Positions 18,921 to 28,367 of a DNA stretch of 64,000 bases are shown in pieces. The number at the start of each line of letters is the position of its first letter. Position 1 is the first letter of the stretch. The notes under the pieces were generated by a model. That model made no database searches and was not told the DNA's origin. It worked only from the letters and a program-made list of their open reading frames with translations. The DNA is from Candidatus Sericytochromatia bacterium. GTDB taxonomy: Bacteria; Cyanobacteriota; Sericytochromatia; S15B-MN24; UBA4093. The position numbers were made by a program, and so were the translations under genes. Location: assembly GCA_036676985.1 (NCBI GenBank), contig JAKFBU010000030.1, forward strand, positions 64,001 to 128,000, read 5' to 3'.

Positions 18921-19655
18921 GTGAGCAACGGCCTCAAGTACAAGCGCATCCTCCTGAAGCTTTCGGGCGAAGCCCTCATGGGCAAGCTGGGCTACGGGAT
19001 CGATCCGACGATCATCAAGCAGATCGCCGATGAAGTGAAGAGCCTGGTCGATCAGGGCCTCGAGCTGGCCCTCGTCGTCGGCGGCGGCAACATCTTCCGC
19101 GGCCTGGCCGCCTCGGCCACCGGCATGGATCGCTCCACGGCCGACTACATGGGCATGATGGCGACGGTCATGAACTCCCTGGCCCTCCAGGACGGCCTGG
19201 AGAAGGTGGGCATCTTTACTCGCGTCCAGTCGGCCATCGAGATGCGCGAGGTGGCCGAGCCCTTCATCCGGCGGCGCGCCGTGCGTCACCTCGAGAAGGG
19301 CCGCGTCGTCATCTTCGCCGCCGGCACCGGCAACCCTTACTTCACCACCGACACGGCCGCGAGCCTGCGCGCCGCCGAGATCGGCGCCGAGGTCCTCCTC
19401 AAGGCCACCAAGGTGGACGGCGTCTACGACTCGGACCCCAAGAAGAACCCCGACGCCAAGAAGTACGACCAGCTCAGCTACATGGACGTCCTGAAGAACG
19501 AGCTCAAGGTCATGGACTCCACCGCCATCTCCCTGTGCAAGGACACTGGCCTGCCCATCATCGTGTTCAACCTGGACCAGCCGGGCAACATCGAGCGGGT
19601 GGTGCGCGGCGAGTCGATCGGCACCTACGTAGGAGGCATCCCCACTCATGCTTAA
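18921..19655 (+). CDS. pyrH: UMP kinase
   Basis: [37 protein letters not shown]. Confidence 0.99.
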   Translation: MSNGLKYKRILLKLSGEALMGKLGYGIDPTIIKQIADEVKSLVDQGLELALVVGGGNIFRGLAASATGMDRSTADYMGMMATVMNSLALQDGLEKVGIFTRVQSAIEMREVAEPFIRRRAVRHLEKGRVVIFAAGTGNPYFTTDTAASLRAAEIGAEVLLKATKVDGVYDSDPKKNPDAKKYDQLSYMDVLKNELKVMDSTAISLCKDTGLPIIVFNLDQPGNIERVVRGESIGTYVGGIPTHA

Positions 19656-20205
19656 CACCGTCATCACCGAAGCCGAAGACAAGATGAAGAAGACGATCGC
19701 GCGGATCTCGCAAGAGTTCGCGGCGATCCGCACCGGCCGGGCGGCCCCCGCCATCCTGGACCGGGTCGAGGTCGAGTACTACGGCTCCATGACCGCCGTC
19801 AAGGCGATCGCCTCGATCTCGACGCCGGATGCGCGCACGCTCGCCATCCAGCCGTTCGATCGGGCGGCCCTCTCGGCCATCGAGAAGGCCATCCTCAAGA
19901 GCGACCTGGGCCTGACGCCGACCAACGACGGCCAGACCCTGCGCATCGGCTTCCCGCCTCCGACCCAGGAGCGCCGCAAGGACCTCGTGAAGCTCGCCAA
20001 GAAGGAAGCCGAGGAGGGCAAGGTCGCCATCCGCAACGTCCGCCGCGACGAGCAGGACAAGATCAAGGCCGCCGAGAAGAAGAGCGAGATCACCCAGGAT
20101 GACGCCAAGCGCCTGCAGGATCAGCTCCAGAAGGTGACGGATCGCTACGTCGCCGAGATCGACAAGCTCCTCGCTTCCAAGGAAGCGGAGATCATGGAGG
20201 TCTAG
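19648..20205 (+). CDS. frr: Ribosome recycling factor
   Basis: [38 protein letters not shown]. Confidence 0.99.
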   Translation: MLNTVITEAEDKMKKTIARISQEFAAIRTGRAAPAILDRVEVEYYGSMTAVKAIASISTPDARTLAIQPFDRAALSAIEKAILKSDLGLTPTNDGQTLRIGFPPPTQERRKDLVKLAKKEAEEGKVAIRNVRRDEQDKIKAAEKKSEITQDDAKRLQDQLQKVTDRYVAEIDKLLASKEAEIMEV

Positions 20206-20206
20206 C

Positions 20207-20419
20207 ATCGAACGGCTGCTTGCAGTTCCCCTGGACCTGGCCCTCGAGGAGCTCTCCGGAGGGCCGGAGGTCCGGGTGACCCCGGTACTGCCGCCGCGCA
20301 TGGAGAAGCCCGCGGCGATCGCCCAACCGGCCGAATGGCGGGTCGTCGGCGTTCGCCGCGCGGGCCCCTCCGTAGAGCTGTTGGTCGCCCCTCGCACGTT
20401 GGACGCGCTGAAGCCCTGA
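20207..20419 (+). CDS. Small protein (70 aa), probable ATC start, not in ORF track
   Basis: GGAGG SD 6 nt before ATC; open frame (M)ERLLAVPLDLALEEL..WRVVGVRR..VELLVAP; stop overlaps cdsA ATG (TGATG). Confidence 0.55.
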   Translation: MERLLAVPLDLALEELSGGPEVRVTPVLPPRMEKPAAIAQPAEWRVVGVRRAGPSVELLVAPRTLDALKP

Positions 20420-21369
20420 TGCCCAACCCTGACCCTTCATCCCTGGATCTCAACCGTCCCAAGTTCCGCCTGAGGGTCATCTCGGGCGTGATCGGCATTC
20501 TCTTGGCCCTCGGGCTCATCTGGTACGCCGAGTGGTCGGTCGCTCTGCTCATCTTCGTGCTCGCGATCTTCGCGAGCCAGGAGCTGTTCTGGCTCTTCGA
20601 GGAGAAAGGCTACCACCCGGCCCGCTACCTGGGCTCGGCGGCCTGCCTCTCGATCATCGTGCTCACGGCCGTGACGGGCACGCGCTTCCACGCGCCCTTT
20701 TTGGTGGCGGTGTTCGTGCTCTCCTGCCTGTTCCTCATCATCCGGAGCGCGCCCTGGTTCCCGTACTGGAACATGATCGACGCCATCCAGGGCCGCAAGG
20801 AGGCCGTGGACCGGCCCCCGAACCTGATCGGCACCATCTCGGACGTGGCGACGACCTTTTTGGGCATCGTCCTCTGCGGCTGGCTGCCGAGCTACATCCC
20901 CCTCCTGCGACAGCTCGAGTACACGGACGTGGCCCAGCGCACGGCCATGCCGCACCTGGGGATGGGCGTGACCTTCCTGTTCTTCGGGGCCATCTTCGCC
21001 ACGGACGTGGGGGCCTACTTCGCGGGCAAGACCTTCGGCAAGACCTCGCTCATCGGCCCCTTGTCACCCAACAAGACCGTCGAGGGGTCCCTTGGTGGCA
21101 TCGCCTTCGCCATCGTCATCGCGGGCCTCTTCGGGTGGGGCTTTCACCTGGATATCTGGCACTCGCTCGTCCTGGGCCTGGTCATCAGCATCGTGGCCCA
21201 GATCAGCGACCTGACGGAATCCATGATCAAGCGCGATGCCGGCAAGAAGGACTCGGGAGACATCATCCCGGGCCACGGCGGAGTGCTGGACCGGGTGGAC
21301 AGCTACCTCTTGTCCGGGGCCGTGACGTACTACTACCTGGTGTTCGTCTGGGGCGTGGTGCCCGGCTAG
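20419..21369 (+). CDS. cdsA: Phosphatidate cytidylyltransferase
   Basis: DVGAYFAGKTFGK, SPNKTVEG, DLTESMIKR..KDSG..IPGHGGVLDRVDS. Confidence 0.95.
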   Translation: MPNPDPSSLDLNRPKFRLRVISGVIGILLALGLIWYAEWSVALLIFVLAIFASQELFWLFEEKGYHPARYLGSAACLSIIVLTAVTGTRFHAPFLVAVFVLSCLFLIIRSAPWFPYWNMIDAIQGRKEAVDRPPNLIGTISDVATTFLGIVLCGWLPSYIPLLRQLEYTDVAQRTAMPHLGMGVTFLFFGAIFATDVGAYFAGKTFGKTSLIGPLSPNKTVEGSLGGIAFAIVIAGLFGWGFHLDIWHSLVLGLVISIVAQISDLTESMIKRDAGKKDSGDIIPGHGGVLDRVDSYLLSGAVTYYYLVFVWGVVPG

Positions 21370-21384
21370 CCCCCTTACATGCGG

Positions 21385-21412
21385 AAAAGCCCCGGCACGC
21401 GCCGGGGCTTTC
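21385..21412. terminator. Bidirectional intrinsic terminator
   Basis: AAAGCCCCGGC-acgc-GCCGGGGCTTT. Confidence 0.65.
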
Positions 21413-21427
21413 TTCGTGGGACGTTGG

Positions 21428-21607
21428 CTACCAGAACAGGCCGCGGTAGCGGTTGTAGACGAACATCGTGCTTGCGATGTTGAGCGTCAGAAGCGCGTAG
21501 GAGAGACCCGAAGGAGGCGCGCCGAGGGCCGCCCCGACCACCATCAACACCCAGATCGTTCCCGTCGCCGCAAGGCAGATGTTCAGCGAGTACCGCGGAT
21601 CGAGCAT
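21428..21607 (-). CDS. Small two-TM membrane protein
   Basis: GAGGAG SD; two hydrophobic segments. Confidence 0.6.
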   Translation of the reverse strand: MLDPRYSLNICLAATGTIWVLMVVGAALGAPPSGLSYALLTLNIASTMFVYNRYRGLFW

Positions 21608-21736
21608 GGCAGGCTCCTCTCGGAAGGTCATCAGGCAGGCTTGCTACCGATCCTATTCCCGAGATGTCGCCGATCTAAACCGCCAATTTCCAGATGGTTA
21701 CAGGCTTGTGACCCGACCCTTGCTCGCTGAGGCGGC

Positions 21737-21907
21737 TCAGTACCAGCCATAGCGCCCCGTCCCGGGCGTCGAATCCTGTTGCCGCGCCAGTTGCAACTCC
21801 GACTCCTTGGACACCATGAGCACGGCCATCAAGACGATCCCGAAGGAGGCGCCCAAGAGGGCCCCCGCGCCGAACGCGATCGCCAACCAGAACTCCGTGA
21901 GCACCAT
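21737..21907 (-). CDS. Small single-TM protein (56 aa), not in ORF track
   Basis: GAGGAG SD; MVLTEFWLAIAFGAGALLGASFGIVLMAVLMVSKESE... Confidence 0.6.
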   Translation of the reverse strand: MVLTEFWLAIAFGAGALLGASFGIVLMAVLMVSKESELQLARQQDSTPGTGRYGWY

Positions 21908-21983
21908 CGACTCCTCCTCTCGACCAACGCTTGAGAGGACGATTGTAGGTCTTTCACAAAAGTTTGTAAACTATCGTGTCGAA

Positions 21984-22331
21984 TCAGTCATCCAGGACCA
22001 TGGGGTGCTTGAGCCCCACGTGGCCCGAGCCCGGAACCGGCAAGGGGCGGCGCAGCTCTTCGAGGAGCGGCTCGGCGGCGGCCTTGAGGGCGAGCACCTG
22101 CGTGAGGCGCTCGAGATGATCGGCGTCCAGGCGTCCGGCTTGCCGCCAGACCAAGAGCTGATCCAGGTGCTCGTCCAACAGGACGAAGGCCTCCAGGTAC
22201 TCGGCCTGGTCGGCCGGATGCAGGTGCTCCCAGCCGGCGTGATAGGACGCGACGCTCCGGTAGTTGAGCTCGGCCAGCTCGAGCGATCCCTCGGCGAGAT
22301 CGGCATCGTAGCTCGGAGTACGACGGGGCAT
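21984..22331 (-). CDS. Hypothetical helical protein
   Basis: GGAGGAG SD; amphipathic helical composition. Confidence 0.6.
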   Translation of the reverse strand: MPRRTPSYDADLAEGSLELAELNYRSVASYHAGWEHLHPADQAEYLEAFVLLDEHLDQLLVWRQAGRLDADHLERLTQVLALKAAAEPLLEELRRPLPVPGSGHVGLKHPMVLDD

Positions 22332-22496
22332 GGACTCCTCCCGCGCGGATCAAGCGACCAGAGGGCGTCCCGGGCCGGCGTGACCGATCTTGGTTACGGA
22401 ATGTAACGCCCTCAGTGTAACATGCCGCGCCCCGCGAGGCCAGGTTGCCCGGCACACGAAAAAGGGCCGCCCGCAGGCGGCCCCGGGGATTTCGGG

Positions 22497-23186
22497 CTAG
22501 GGTGCCTGATCCGGAAGCGACGGCTGCGCCGGCTTGAGGTAGTGGCGAACGAGCTCGATGGCGGTCGGCAAGAGGGAGACGATGATGACGCCCAGGATCA
22601 CGAGCTTGAAGTTCTGCTTGATGGCCGGCAGGTTACCGAAGAAGTAGCCGCCCAGGACGAACAGCGAGATCCAGAGCAGGCCGCCCGTGACGCTGAAGGC
22701 CAAAAAGCGGCGGTACGGCATCTGGCCGATGCCCGCCACGAAGGGAGCGAACGTGCGCAGGATGGGGGCGAAGCGCGCCAGGATGAGCGTCTTGCCGCCA
22801 TGCTTGTCGTAGAAGGCCTGCGTCCGGTCCAGGTGCTTGCGGTTGAGGAACTTGCTGTCGGTGCGGCTGAAGACCTTGGGCCCCATGAAGCGACCGATCC
22901 AGTAGTTGGCGGAGTCGCCCGCCACGGCGGCCACGAACAGCAGCCCCCAGAGCGTTCCGACGTCCATGAGGCCCGCACCGGCAAACGCGCCCGCCGCGAA
23001 GAGCAGGGAGTCGCCAGGCAGGAAGGGCGTCACGACGAAGCCCGTCTCGCAGAAGATGATCAGAAACAGGAAGAAGTAGGTCAGGGTGCCGTAGGCCTGA
23101 AGGATCTCGGCCAGGTGCTTGTCGAAGTGGAGGATGAAATCGAACAGGTGCATGACGAGGCTGAAGGGGACCTGAAGCAGTTCCAT
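22497..23186 (-). CDS. dedA: DedA family membrane protein
   Basis: FCETGFVVTPFLPGDSLLFAAG, HGGKTLILARFAPILRTFAPFVAG. Confidence 0.93.
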   Translation of the reverse strand: MELLQVPFSLVMHLFDFILHFDKHLAEILQAYGTLTYFFLFLIIFCETGFVVTPFLPGDSLLFAAGAFAGAGLMDVGTLWGLLFVAAVAGDSANYWIGRFMGPKVFSRTDSKFLNRKHLDRTQAFYDKHGGKTLILARFAPILRTFAPFVAGIGQMPYRRFLAFSVTGGLLWISLFVLGGYFFGNLPAIKQNFKLVILGVIIVSLLPTAIELVRHYLKPAQPSLPDQAP

Positions 23187-23257
23187 GGAAGCTCCTCTAA
23201 GAACGGTTGCTAAAAAATCGGGCGCCAGGTTGGCCCTGACGCCCGATCATCAATGAG

Positions 23258-23338
23258 TGCGGAGGATGGGACTTGAACCCATACGGATTTCTCCACACGC
23301 CCCTCAAACGTGCGCGGCTGCCATTACGCCACCTCCGC
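23258..23338 (-). tRNA. tRNA-Leu(GAG)
   Basis: GCGGAGG acceptor stem, anticodon loop TTGAGGG, long variable arm, GGTTCAAGTCC T-arm; CCA not encoded. Confidence 0.95.
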
Positions 23339-23350
23339 ATTGATGTGCCT

Positions 23351-23379
23351 ATTATGGCGAACTCTCGGGAGGTTGTCAA
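23351..23379 (-). promoter_or_regulatory. sigma70 promoter of tRNA-Leu
   Basis: TTGACA-17nt-CATAAT on minus strand. Confidence 0.75.
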
Positions 23380-23452
23380 TGGGGTAAGGCAACATTGACC
23401 TTATGCTCGGCCCGACCTACACTCGGGCGGGGCGTCCTGAAAGGAGGAGCGC

Positions 23453-24019
23453 GTGCGGAGTACCCTTGCTTCCTTGGCCATCCTGGGGGCGTTGGCGCTT
23501 CCCGCCGGAGCCTCGACGCTGCCGCGGGCCGACCTCACCAGTCCGGACATGCGCTACTTCGGGATCGGGGTGGGCCATGCCCTGAGCGTGTCGGCCGACT
23601 TCGCCGTCACCCCGAGCTGGACGCTCGGCGCCTCCTTGGGCTCGGGCTTCTGGAACGACCCCGAGCCCTACCGTTACGACGTGCGCGCGGTGTACGCCTT
23701 CGTCAACGGGGGCCGCACGGCCCTGAGCATCGCGGGAATCCTCGGGATCTGGGGCGGGACGGCCTTCCAGAACCCCTACAACCTGGGCCACCTGCCGGTG
23801 CCCGAGGTCGGCTTCGGGCTCAGCTTCCCTTACCAGGCCTTCATCGCGCGCCTCAACCTGATCGTCCCCTACTACGGCCAGGTCGCGGGCCCCTACTTCT
23901 ACATGTTCGGGGGACCCGCGGGCGGCCTCGAGATCGCCTACCGGGTGCGCCCCTACATGGAGGCGACGCTCGGCATCAACGGCCAGGGCAACTACCTGGG
24001 CCTCAAGCTGGACTTCTAG
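23453..24019 (+). CDS. Putative small outer-membrane beta-barrel protein
   Basis: Signal peptide; amphipathic strands; C-terminal YLGLKLDF (Bam-type signature). Confidence 0.65.
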   Translation: MRSTLASLAILGALALPAGASTLPRADLTSPDMRYFGIGVGHALSVSADFAVTPSWTLGASLGSGFWNDPEPYRYDVRAVYAFVNGGRTALSIAGILGIWGGTAFQNPYNLGHLPVPEVGFGLSFPYQAFIARLNLIVPYYGQVAGPYFYMFGGPAGGLEIAYRVRPYMEATLGINGQGNYLGLKLDF

Positions 24020-24080
24020 GCGCCCTGGCAAAGCCTTCAATCGCCTTGCGGGCGGGGGATCCGTACGCTACACTGTGGGC

Positions 24081-24485
24081 ATGAGGCACGCCCTACCGGC
24101 CCGCGCAGCGCTCACCACCGCGCTTATGCTCTCGCTCACGGCGCTTCCCGCCCGTTCCGAGCCCCAGCCCGGCTTCTCTCCGGCGCCTTTGCCGCCGGAG
24201 CAGGCGCTCTTTTCCGCCTTGCCCCAGCATGATCCCCGCATCGCCATGGGCCTGAGCCTGGCGGTCAACGGCGCGGGCCAATTCTACAACCACGAGTCCG
24301 CCAAGGGCTGGTGGATGCTCGCTCCTGTACTGGCCTATCCCGCCGCCTGGCTTCTCGACACGGCCCTCGGCGTGGGCTACTTCCGTGCGACCGACGCGAT
24401 CGTCATGGTGGGCACCAAGCTCTACTCGGCCTACGACGCCTACCGCGTGGCGGACGAGGCCGCCCGACGGGCCGAGAAGCAGTAG
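24081..24485 (+). CDS. Hypothetical exported/membrane protein
   Basis: Signal peptide; LSLAVNGAGQFYN..KG motif (TM2-like); abuts next gene. Confidence 0.6.
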   Translation: MRHALPARAALTTALMLSLTALPARSEPQPGFSPAPLPPEQALFSALPQHDPRIAMGLSLAVNGAGQFYNHESAKGWWMLAPVLAYPAAWLLDTALGVGYFRATDAIVMVGTKLYSAYDAYRVADEAARRAEKQ

Positions 24486-25808
24486 ATGCGATCGCTCCTT
24501 CTCGCCCTGGGCGTCGTCGCCCTCGTCGCACTCCCCGCCCAGGCGAGCCCCACCCTCTGGGGGTACGACGGGCTGGTGACCATGCCGGACGGACGCATCG
24601 CCAGGGACCGCGAGCTCGAGATCGGCGCGAACGCCCTCCAGCTCTCCAAGCGGCCGTTCGCGGTGACGGGCTTTGTCCGCTACGGCTTCTTCGACAGCCT
24701 CGAGACGAGCCTGGCCTACGGCGTGCCGGGCCACCCCTACGTGACAGGTGCCCTCAAGTACCAGCTGTTGCGCCCCACGCCGTCCGACCCGACGGCCGTG
24801 GCAATCGGTGCCAGCCTCCTCGGGGTGCCGACCGCAGGATCGATCGCGGGCAGCAACTACTTCCTCGCCGTGACCCGGGACCTCGGACGCTGGGGGAGCG
24901 TGCACGTGGGCTTCGAGGGCGACCTCGCCCTGAACTCCCGCCTGATGGTGGGCCTGGAGCTGCCCTTGGGGAGCCTGGGCCGCTTGATGGCCGAGGGGCG
25001 CGGACCGCAGACCGGATCGGCGCCCTTCGCGAACGTCGGCGCGGAGCTCACCCCCTTTCCGTGGCTCCGGCTCGGAGCCGGCAGCGTGGGCGAGCCGGGC
25101 GATTGGCTCGCGCGCGGCTACTACGCGGGCGGCAGCCTGCGAACCGTGCTCCCCGAGTACGGCCGCTGGTTCACCGCTCGGCCTTCCAGCCCGAAACCGA
25201 GCCCCGCGCCGAGCGGCACGCCGGCTCCGCGGCCGAGCCCCGCGCCGACAGGCACGGTCCAGCCTCCGGCCCTGCCCGCCGCGACGCTCATCGGGCGGGT
25301 GGTCGGGAGCGACGGCACGCCCCGGAGCGGCTACACGGCGCTCCTCGTCGGCAGCACCAAGCGGGCCATCACCAACGCCAGCGGCTACTTCTACTTCCTG
25401 GGACTGACGCCCGGCTCCTATCAGGTCCAGGTCCTGGACCGGTCCGGGAACCAGGTGGCGGTGGCCGGGGCCCAGCTATCGACCGAGCCCGTGACGGTCC
25501 AGGTGCAGGTCAAGGAGGGACGGCAGCCAGCGGAGGTGGAGCGGCGCGGCTCGGTGGCGGGCAGCGTCTCCGACGCGCAGAACGGCTCGCCGCTCTCCGA
25601 GGCTCGCCTGACGGTGGTGGGCAATGGCGTGAGCGTGCTCGCCGTGAGCAACGCCCAGGGCCGCTTCCAGGTCATCGATCTGCCGCTCGGGGACTACAAG
25701 GTTCGCGCCGAGCGCAAGGGATATCGTCCCGAGGCGCTAAGCGCCCGGATCGAGGCCGCGTCCCTCCATCCCCTGCTGAAGCTGACCATGACGCGCGAGC
25801 GCCCGTGA
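24486..25808 (+). CDS. Beta-barrel (YjbH-like) protein fused to two carboxypeptidase-regulatory-like Ig domains
   Basis: GYDGLVTMPDGR N-terminus; Pro-rich linker; TNASGYFYFLGLTPGSYQV and SNAQGRFQVIDLPLGDYKVRAERKGY. Confidence 0.7.
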   Translation: MRSLLLALGVVALVALPAQASPTLWGYDGLVTMPDGRIARDRELEIGANALQLSKRPFAVTGFVRYGFFDSLETSLAYGVPGHPYVTGALKYQLLRPTPSDPTAVAIGASLLGVPTAGSIAGSNYFLAVTRDLGRWGSVHVGFEGDLALNSRLMVGLELPLGSLGRLMAEGRGPQTGSAPFANVGAELTPFPWLRLGAGSVGEPGDWLARGYYAGGSLRTVLPEYGRWFTARPSSPKPSPAPSGTPAPRPSPAPTGTVQPPALPAATLIGRVVGSDGTPRSGYTALLVGSTKRAITNASGYFYFLGLTPGSYQVQVLDRSGNQVAVAGAQLSTEPVTVQVQVKEGRQPAEVERRGSVAGSVSDAQNGSPLSEARLTVVGNGVSVLAVSNAQGRFQVIDLPLGDYKVRAERKGYRPEALSARIEAASLHPLLKLTMTRERP

Positions 25809-26251
25809 TGGAGCCGCGCGCTGCCAGCTACCGGGTCCTCGCCGCCCTGAGCTACCTGCCGCCCGTCGCCGTCGGCGTGCTCGTGATGGCGGAGTATCGC
25901 TCGGTCCGTCACCTGCGCTTCCACGCCCTGCAGTCGCTCGCGCTCATGGTCCTGAGCTTCGGCGGGGCCATGCTGATCGGCTGGCTCGGCACCCTGTTCG
26001 GAAACCTGCCATGGCTCGGCTTCTTCCTGAGCGCGTTCCTGGGGCTGGCCATCTCGCTCTGGATGATGCTCATGCTCGGCGTCTCCGTCTATGGCGCGGT
26101 CACGGCCTACCAGGGCAAGAGCACGCGCCTCTGGCTGCTGGACCGCTACGTGCGCCGGCTCGATCGCTGGGCCGAGAAGCGCTTCAACCCGGCCGCCCCC
26201 GTGCCGGCGGAGCCCCCCAAGCGCAAGCGGCGCGCCGGTCCTCGCCCCTAG
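25808..26251 (+). CDS. DUF4870/Tic20-like membrane protein
   Basis: LAALSYL..RFHALQSL..AYQGK motif; ATG overlaps upstream stop (TGATG). Confidence 0.75.
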   Translation: MEPRAASYRVLAALSYLPPVAVGVLVMAEYRSVRHLRFHALQSLALMVLSFGGAMLIGWLGTLFGNLPWLGFFLSAFLGLAISLWMMLMLGVSVYGAVTAYQGKSTRLWLLDRYVRRLDRWAEKRFNPAAPVPAEPPKRKRRAGPRP

Positions 26252-26302
26252 GCCCCGTTCCTTGCTTGCTTCCATTACAATGGGAGCAAGGAGGGGTCGA
26301 CC

Positions 26303-26911
26303 GTGAACCATGCCCTAGCCACCCGCCTCGCGGCCAGCCTCGTCGTCCTGCTCGTCGTCGGCTGCTCGGAGCCCGTCAAGACCGTCACGCTGAAGGGGAA
26401 GATCCGTCCGCCTTCCAGCGAGGGCGTCTCCGGAGCCCCCGCCCAGCCAACCGTCGCCAACACGCCCCTGCTGGTGTCCAACCTCGCAGGCACCCTCGCC
26501 AAGTCCGAGGCGGCCCGGGTCCAGAACGCGGCGGGCGACTTCTCCTTCGAGCTGCGCACCGACACCCTGCCCGCGGCGGGCGACTTCGTGAAGGTCGCCT
26601 GGGCGCACCCGACCCGGGGCGGGATCCTGCTCGAGCGGACCTACTCCCTCAACCACAACCAGACCGGCGAGATCGCGGGGGATCTCACGGACCTCGCGAC
26701 GCTGGTGACCTTGGGCCTCGAAAGCCTGCGCCAGACCCAGCCGGGACGCACGGTGAGCCCGCCCACCATGCTCGAGGACCAGCTCATCTCGGCAAGCACG
26801 CTGCGCAGCCGCTTCCAGACGCGCTACTACTCCTATCTCGGGGGCGGTGAGCCCGCTCCGGGTGCCGATGCCGACCTCGCGCAGGACAGCGCCGAGCTCC
26901 TCTTCAAGTAG
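26303..26911 (+). CDS. Hypothetical lipoprotein
   Basis: Lipobox VVGC; AAGGAGG SD. Confidence 0.7.
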   Translation: MNHALATRLAASLVVLLVVGCSEPVKTVTLKGKIRPPSSEGVSGAPAQPTVANTPLLVSNLAGTLAKSEAARVQNAAGDFSFELRTDTLPAAGDFVKVAWAHPTRGGILLERTYSLNHNQTGEIAGDLTDLATLVTLGLESLRQTQPGRTVSPPTMLEDQLISASTLRSRFQTRYYSYLGGGEPAPGADADLAQDSAELLFK

Positions 26912-27007
26912 GCGGATCGACCAGGGATTTTCGTCCCCCAGGCCAAGCGATCGCAAAACCCTCGGTGCTAGGCTCCACCCCAGGAGTCCCTGTGCTGGAG
27001 GTCTGCC

Positions 27008-27646
27008 ATGGGAGCGTCGTTGTCCCGCATCCGCCCGAGGGTTCTGGCCGCTGCGATCGCCCTGATGACGCTCGCCGGCTGCGAGTGGCCGCGCGTCTCC
27101 CCCGAGAGCACGCTGTCCGGCCTCGTGGCCATCCGCGGCCAGGCGCTCCTGCCTATGGACTACGTGGTGGCGGCCGACTCCCAGCCGGCGCCGCGCAGCT
27201 TCCGCGCGGCGCTGGTCACCATGGAGGGCGCCACGCTCGCGGTCGGGACCATCCTGGACGCCGAGGGCAACTTCTCGGTGCACGTGCCCGCAAGCTCCCT
27301 GGCGGCGTCGCCCACCCTCTACCAGGTGGATCTGCTCGATCCGGGGCGCGCTCCGACCTATCGCGGCCTCATTCGCCTCACCAAGCGGCACCGCGAGGCC
27401 ACCATCACCCTCAACGGCGCCAGCAGCACCATCGCCCTGGCGGCCCGCGAGGCCTTGCGACAAGGCAAGGATCCGAGCAACTGGGCGCTCGATGCCCTCT
27501 TCAAGCACCCCCAGGTCCAAACCTTGGGGCTGCAGTACGCCAACCAGCTCGCCCGCTGGAGCAACGGCCCGACCATCGCCTCCGAGCCGCCCGCGCCCTC
27601 GGCGAGCAGCCTCGAGCAGGTCATGGCCCTCGCCGCCGGCCTCTAG
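27008..27646 (+). CDS. Hypothetical lipoprotein (prealbumin/carboxypeptidase-regulatory-like N-domain)
   Basis: Lipobox LAGC; GTILDAEGNFSV; ITLNGASSTIA. Confidence 0.7.
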   Translation: MGASLSRIRPRVLAAAIALMTLAGCEWPRVSPESTLSGLVAIRGQALLPMDYVVAADSQPAPRSFRAALVTMEGATLAVGTILDAEGNFSVHVPASSLAASPTLYQVDLLDPGRAPTYRGLIRLTKRHREATITLNGASSTIALAAREALRQGKDPSNWALDALFKHPQVQTLGLQYANQLARWSNGPTIASEPPAPSASSLEQVMALAAGL

Positions 27647-27757
27647 GCTCCTCCAAACTTTCAACGGAGCTTAAACCCACCTTCACCGGATCGACGTCAG
27701 TTCGGTCCGGCCCTCGTGCATATAGTGTTAGGAACAACACACGAGGAGGGTGGGAGA

Positions 27758-28339
27758 ATGATTCGTCAGCTGCGTTTTGCGCCGATGTTGGTGGCCCTGG
27801 GACTGAGCTTCGCCATCGCGACCGGCTGCGGCCAGAAGGCCATCAACCAGACCGACGAGCTGGACACCGACTCCAGCAGCTCGTACACCCAGACGACGAA
27901 CTCGTCGGGCCTGACCAGCAACGACCTGTTCATGGACACCTCGACGAGCTCGGCCACCTCGAGCGCCACGCCGACCCCGGCGCCGGTCGCCACCCCGACC
28001 CCGATGCCCGCGGCGACGCCGACGCCGACCCCCGAGCCGGTCGCCACCCCGACGCCCGCGCCCATCGATCTGGCCTACGCCCTGCGCGCCAAGGTCACCA
28101 GCACCGAGACCCACGGCATCCTCATGTGGAAGACGCTCGAGGCCAAGGTCCAGGTGATGAACCCCAGCTTCCTCAAGCAGCAGTCGGGCACCCTGGTCGT
28201 CACCTTCACCAAGGACGGCAACACCGTCGAGACCAAGCAGCTCTCCGTCGTGCTCGACCCGGCCGAGATCCGCGACTACTCCGTCCGCTCCAGCGACAAC
28301 GCGGATGCGGCGACGGCCAACGTGATCACCCAGCAGTAG
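27758..28339 (+). CDS. Lipoprotein with Pro/Thr linker and C-terminal Ig-like domain
   Basis: Lipobox ATGC; (PT)n repeats; KTLEAKVQVMN..SGTLVVTFT. Confidence 0.75.
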   Translation: MIRQLRFAPMLVALGLSFAIATGCGQKAINQTDELDTDSSSSYTQTTNSSGLTSNDLFMDTSTSSATSSATPTPAPVATPTPMPAATPTPTPEPVATPTPAPIDLAYALRAKVTSTETHGILMWKTLEAKVQVMNPSFLKQQSGTLVVTFTKDGNTVETKQLSVVLDPAEIRDYSVRSSDNADAATANVITQQ

Positions 28340-28367
28340 CGCCCCACGACCCACCGAGGAGACCGCC

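Noticed and set aside
27960-28062. Tandem ACGCCGACCCCG-type repeats
   Set aside because: They encode a Pro/Thr linker inside a lipoprotein; not a CRISPR array or independent repeat.
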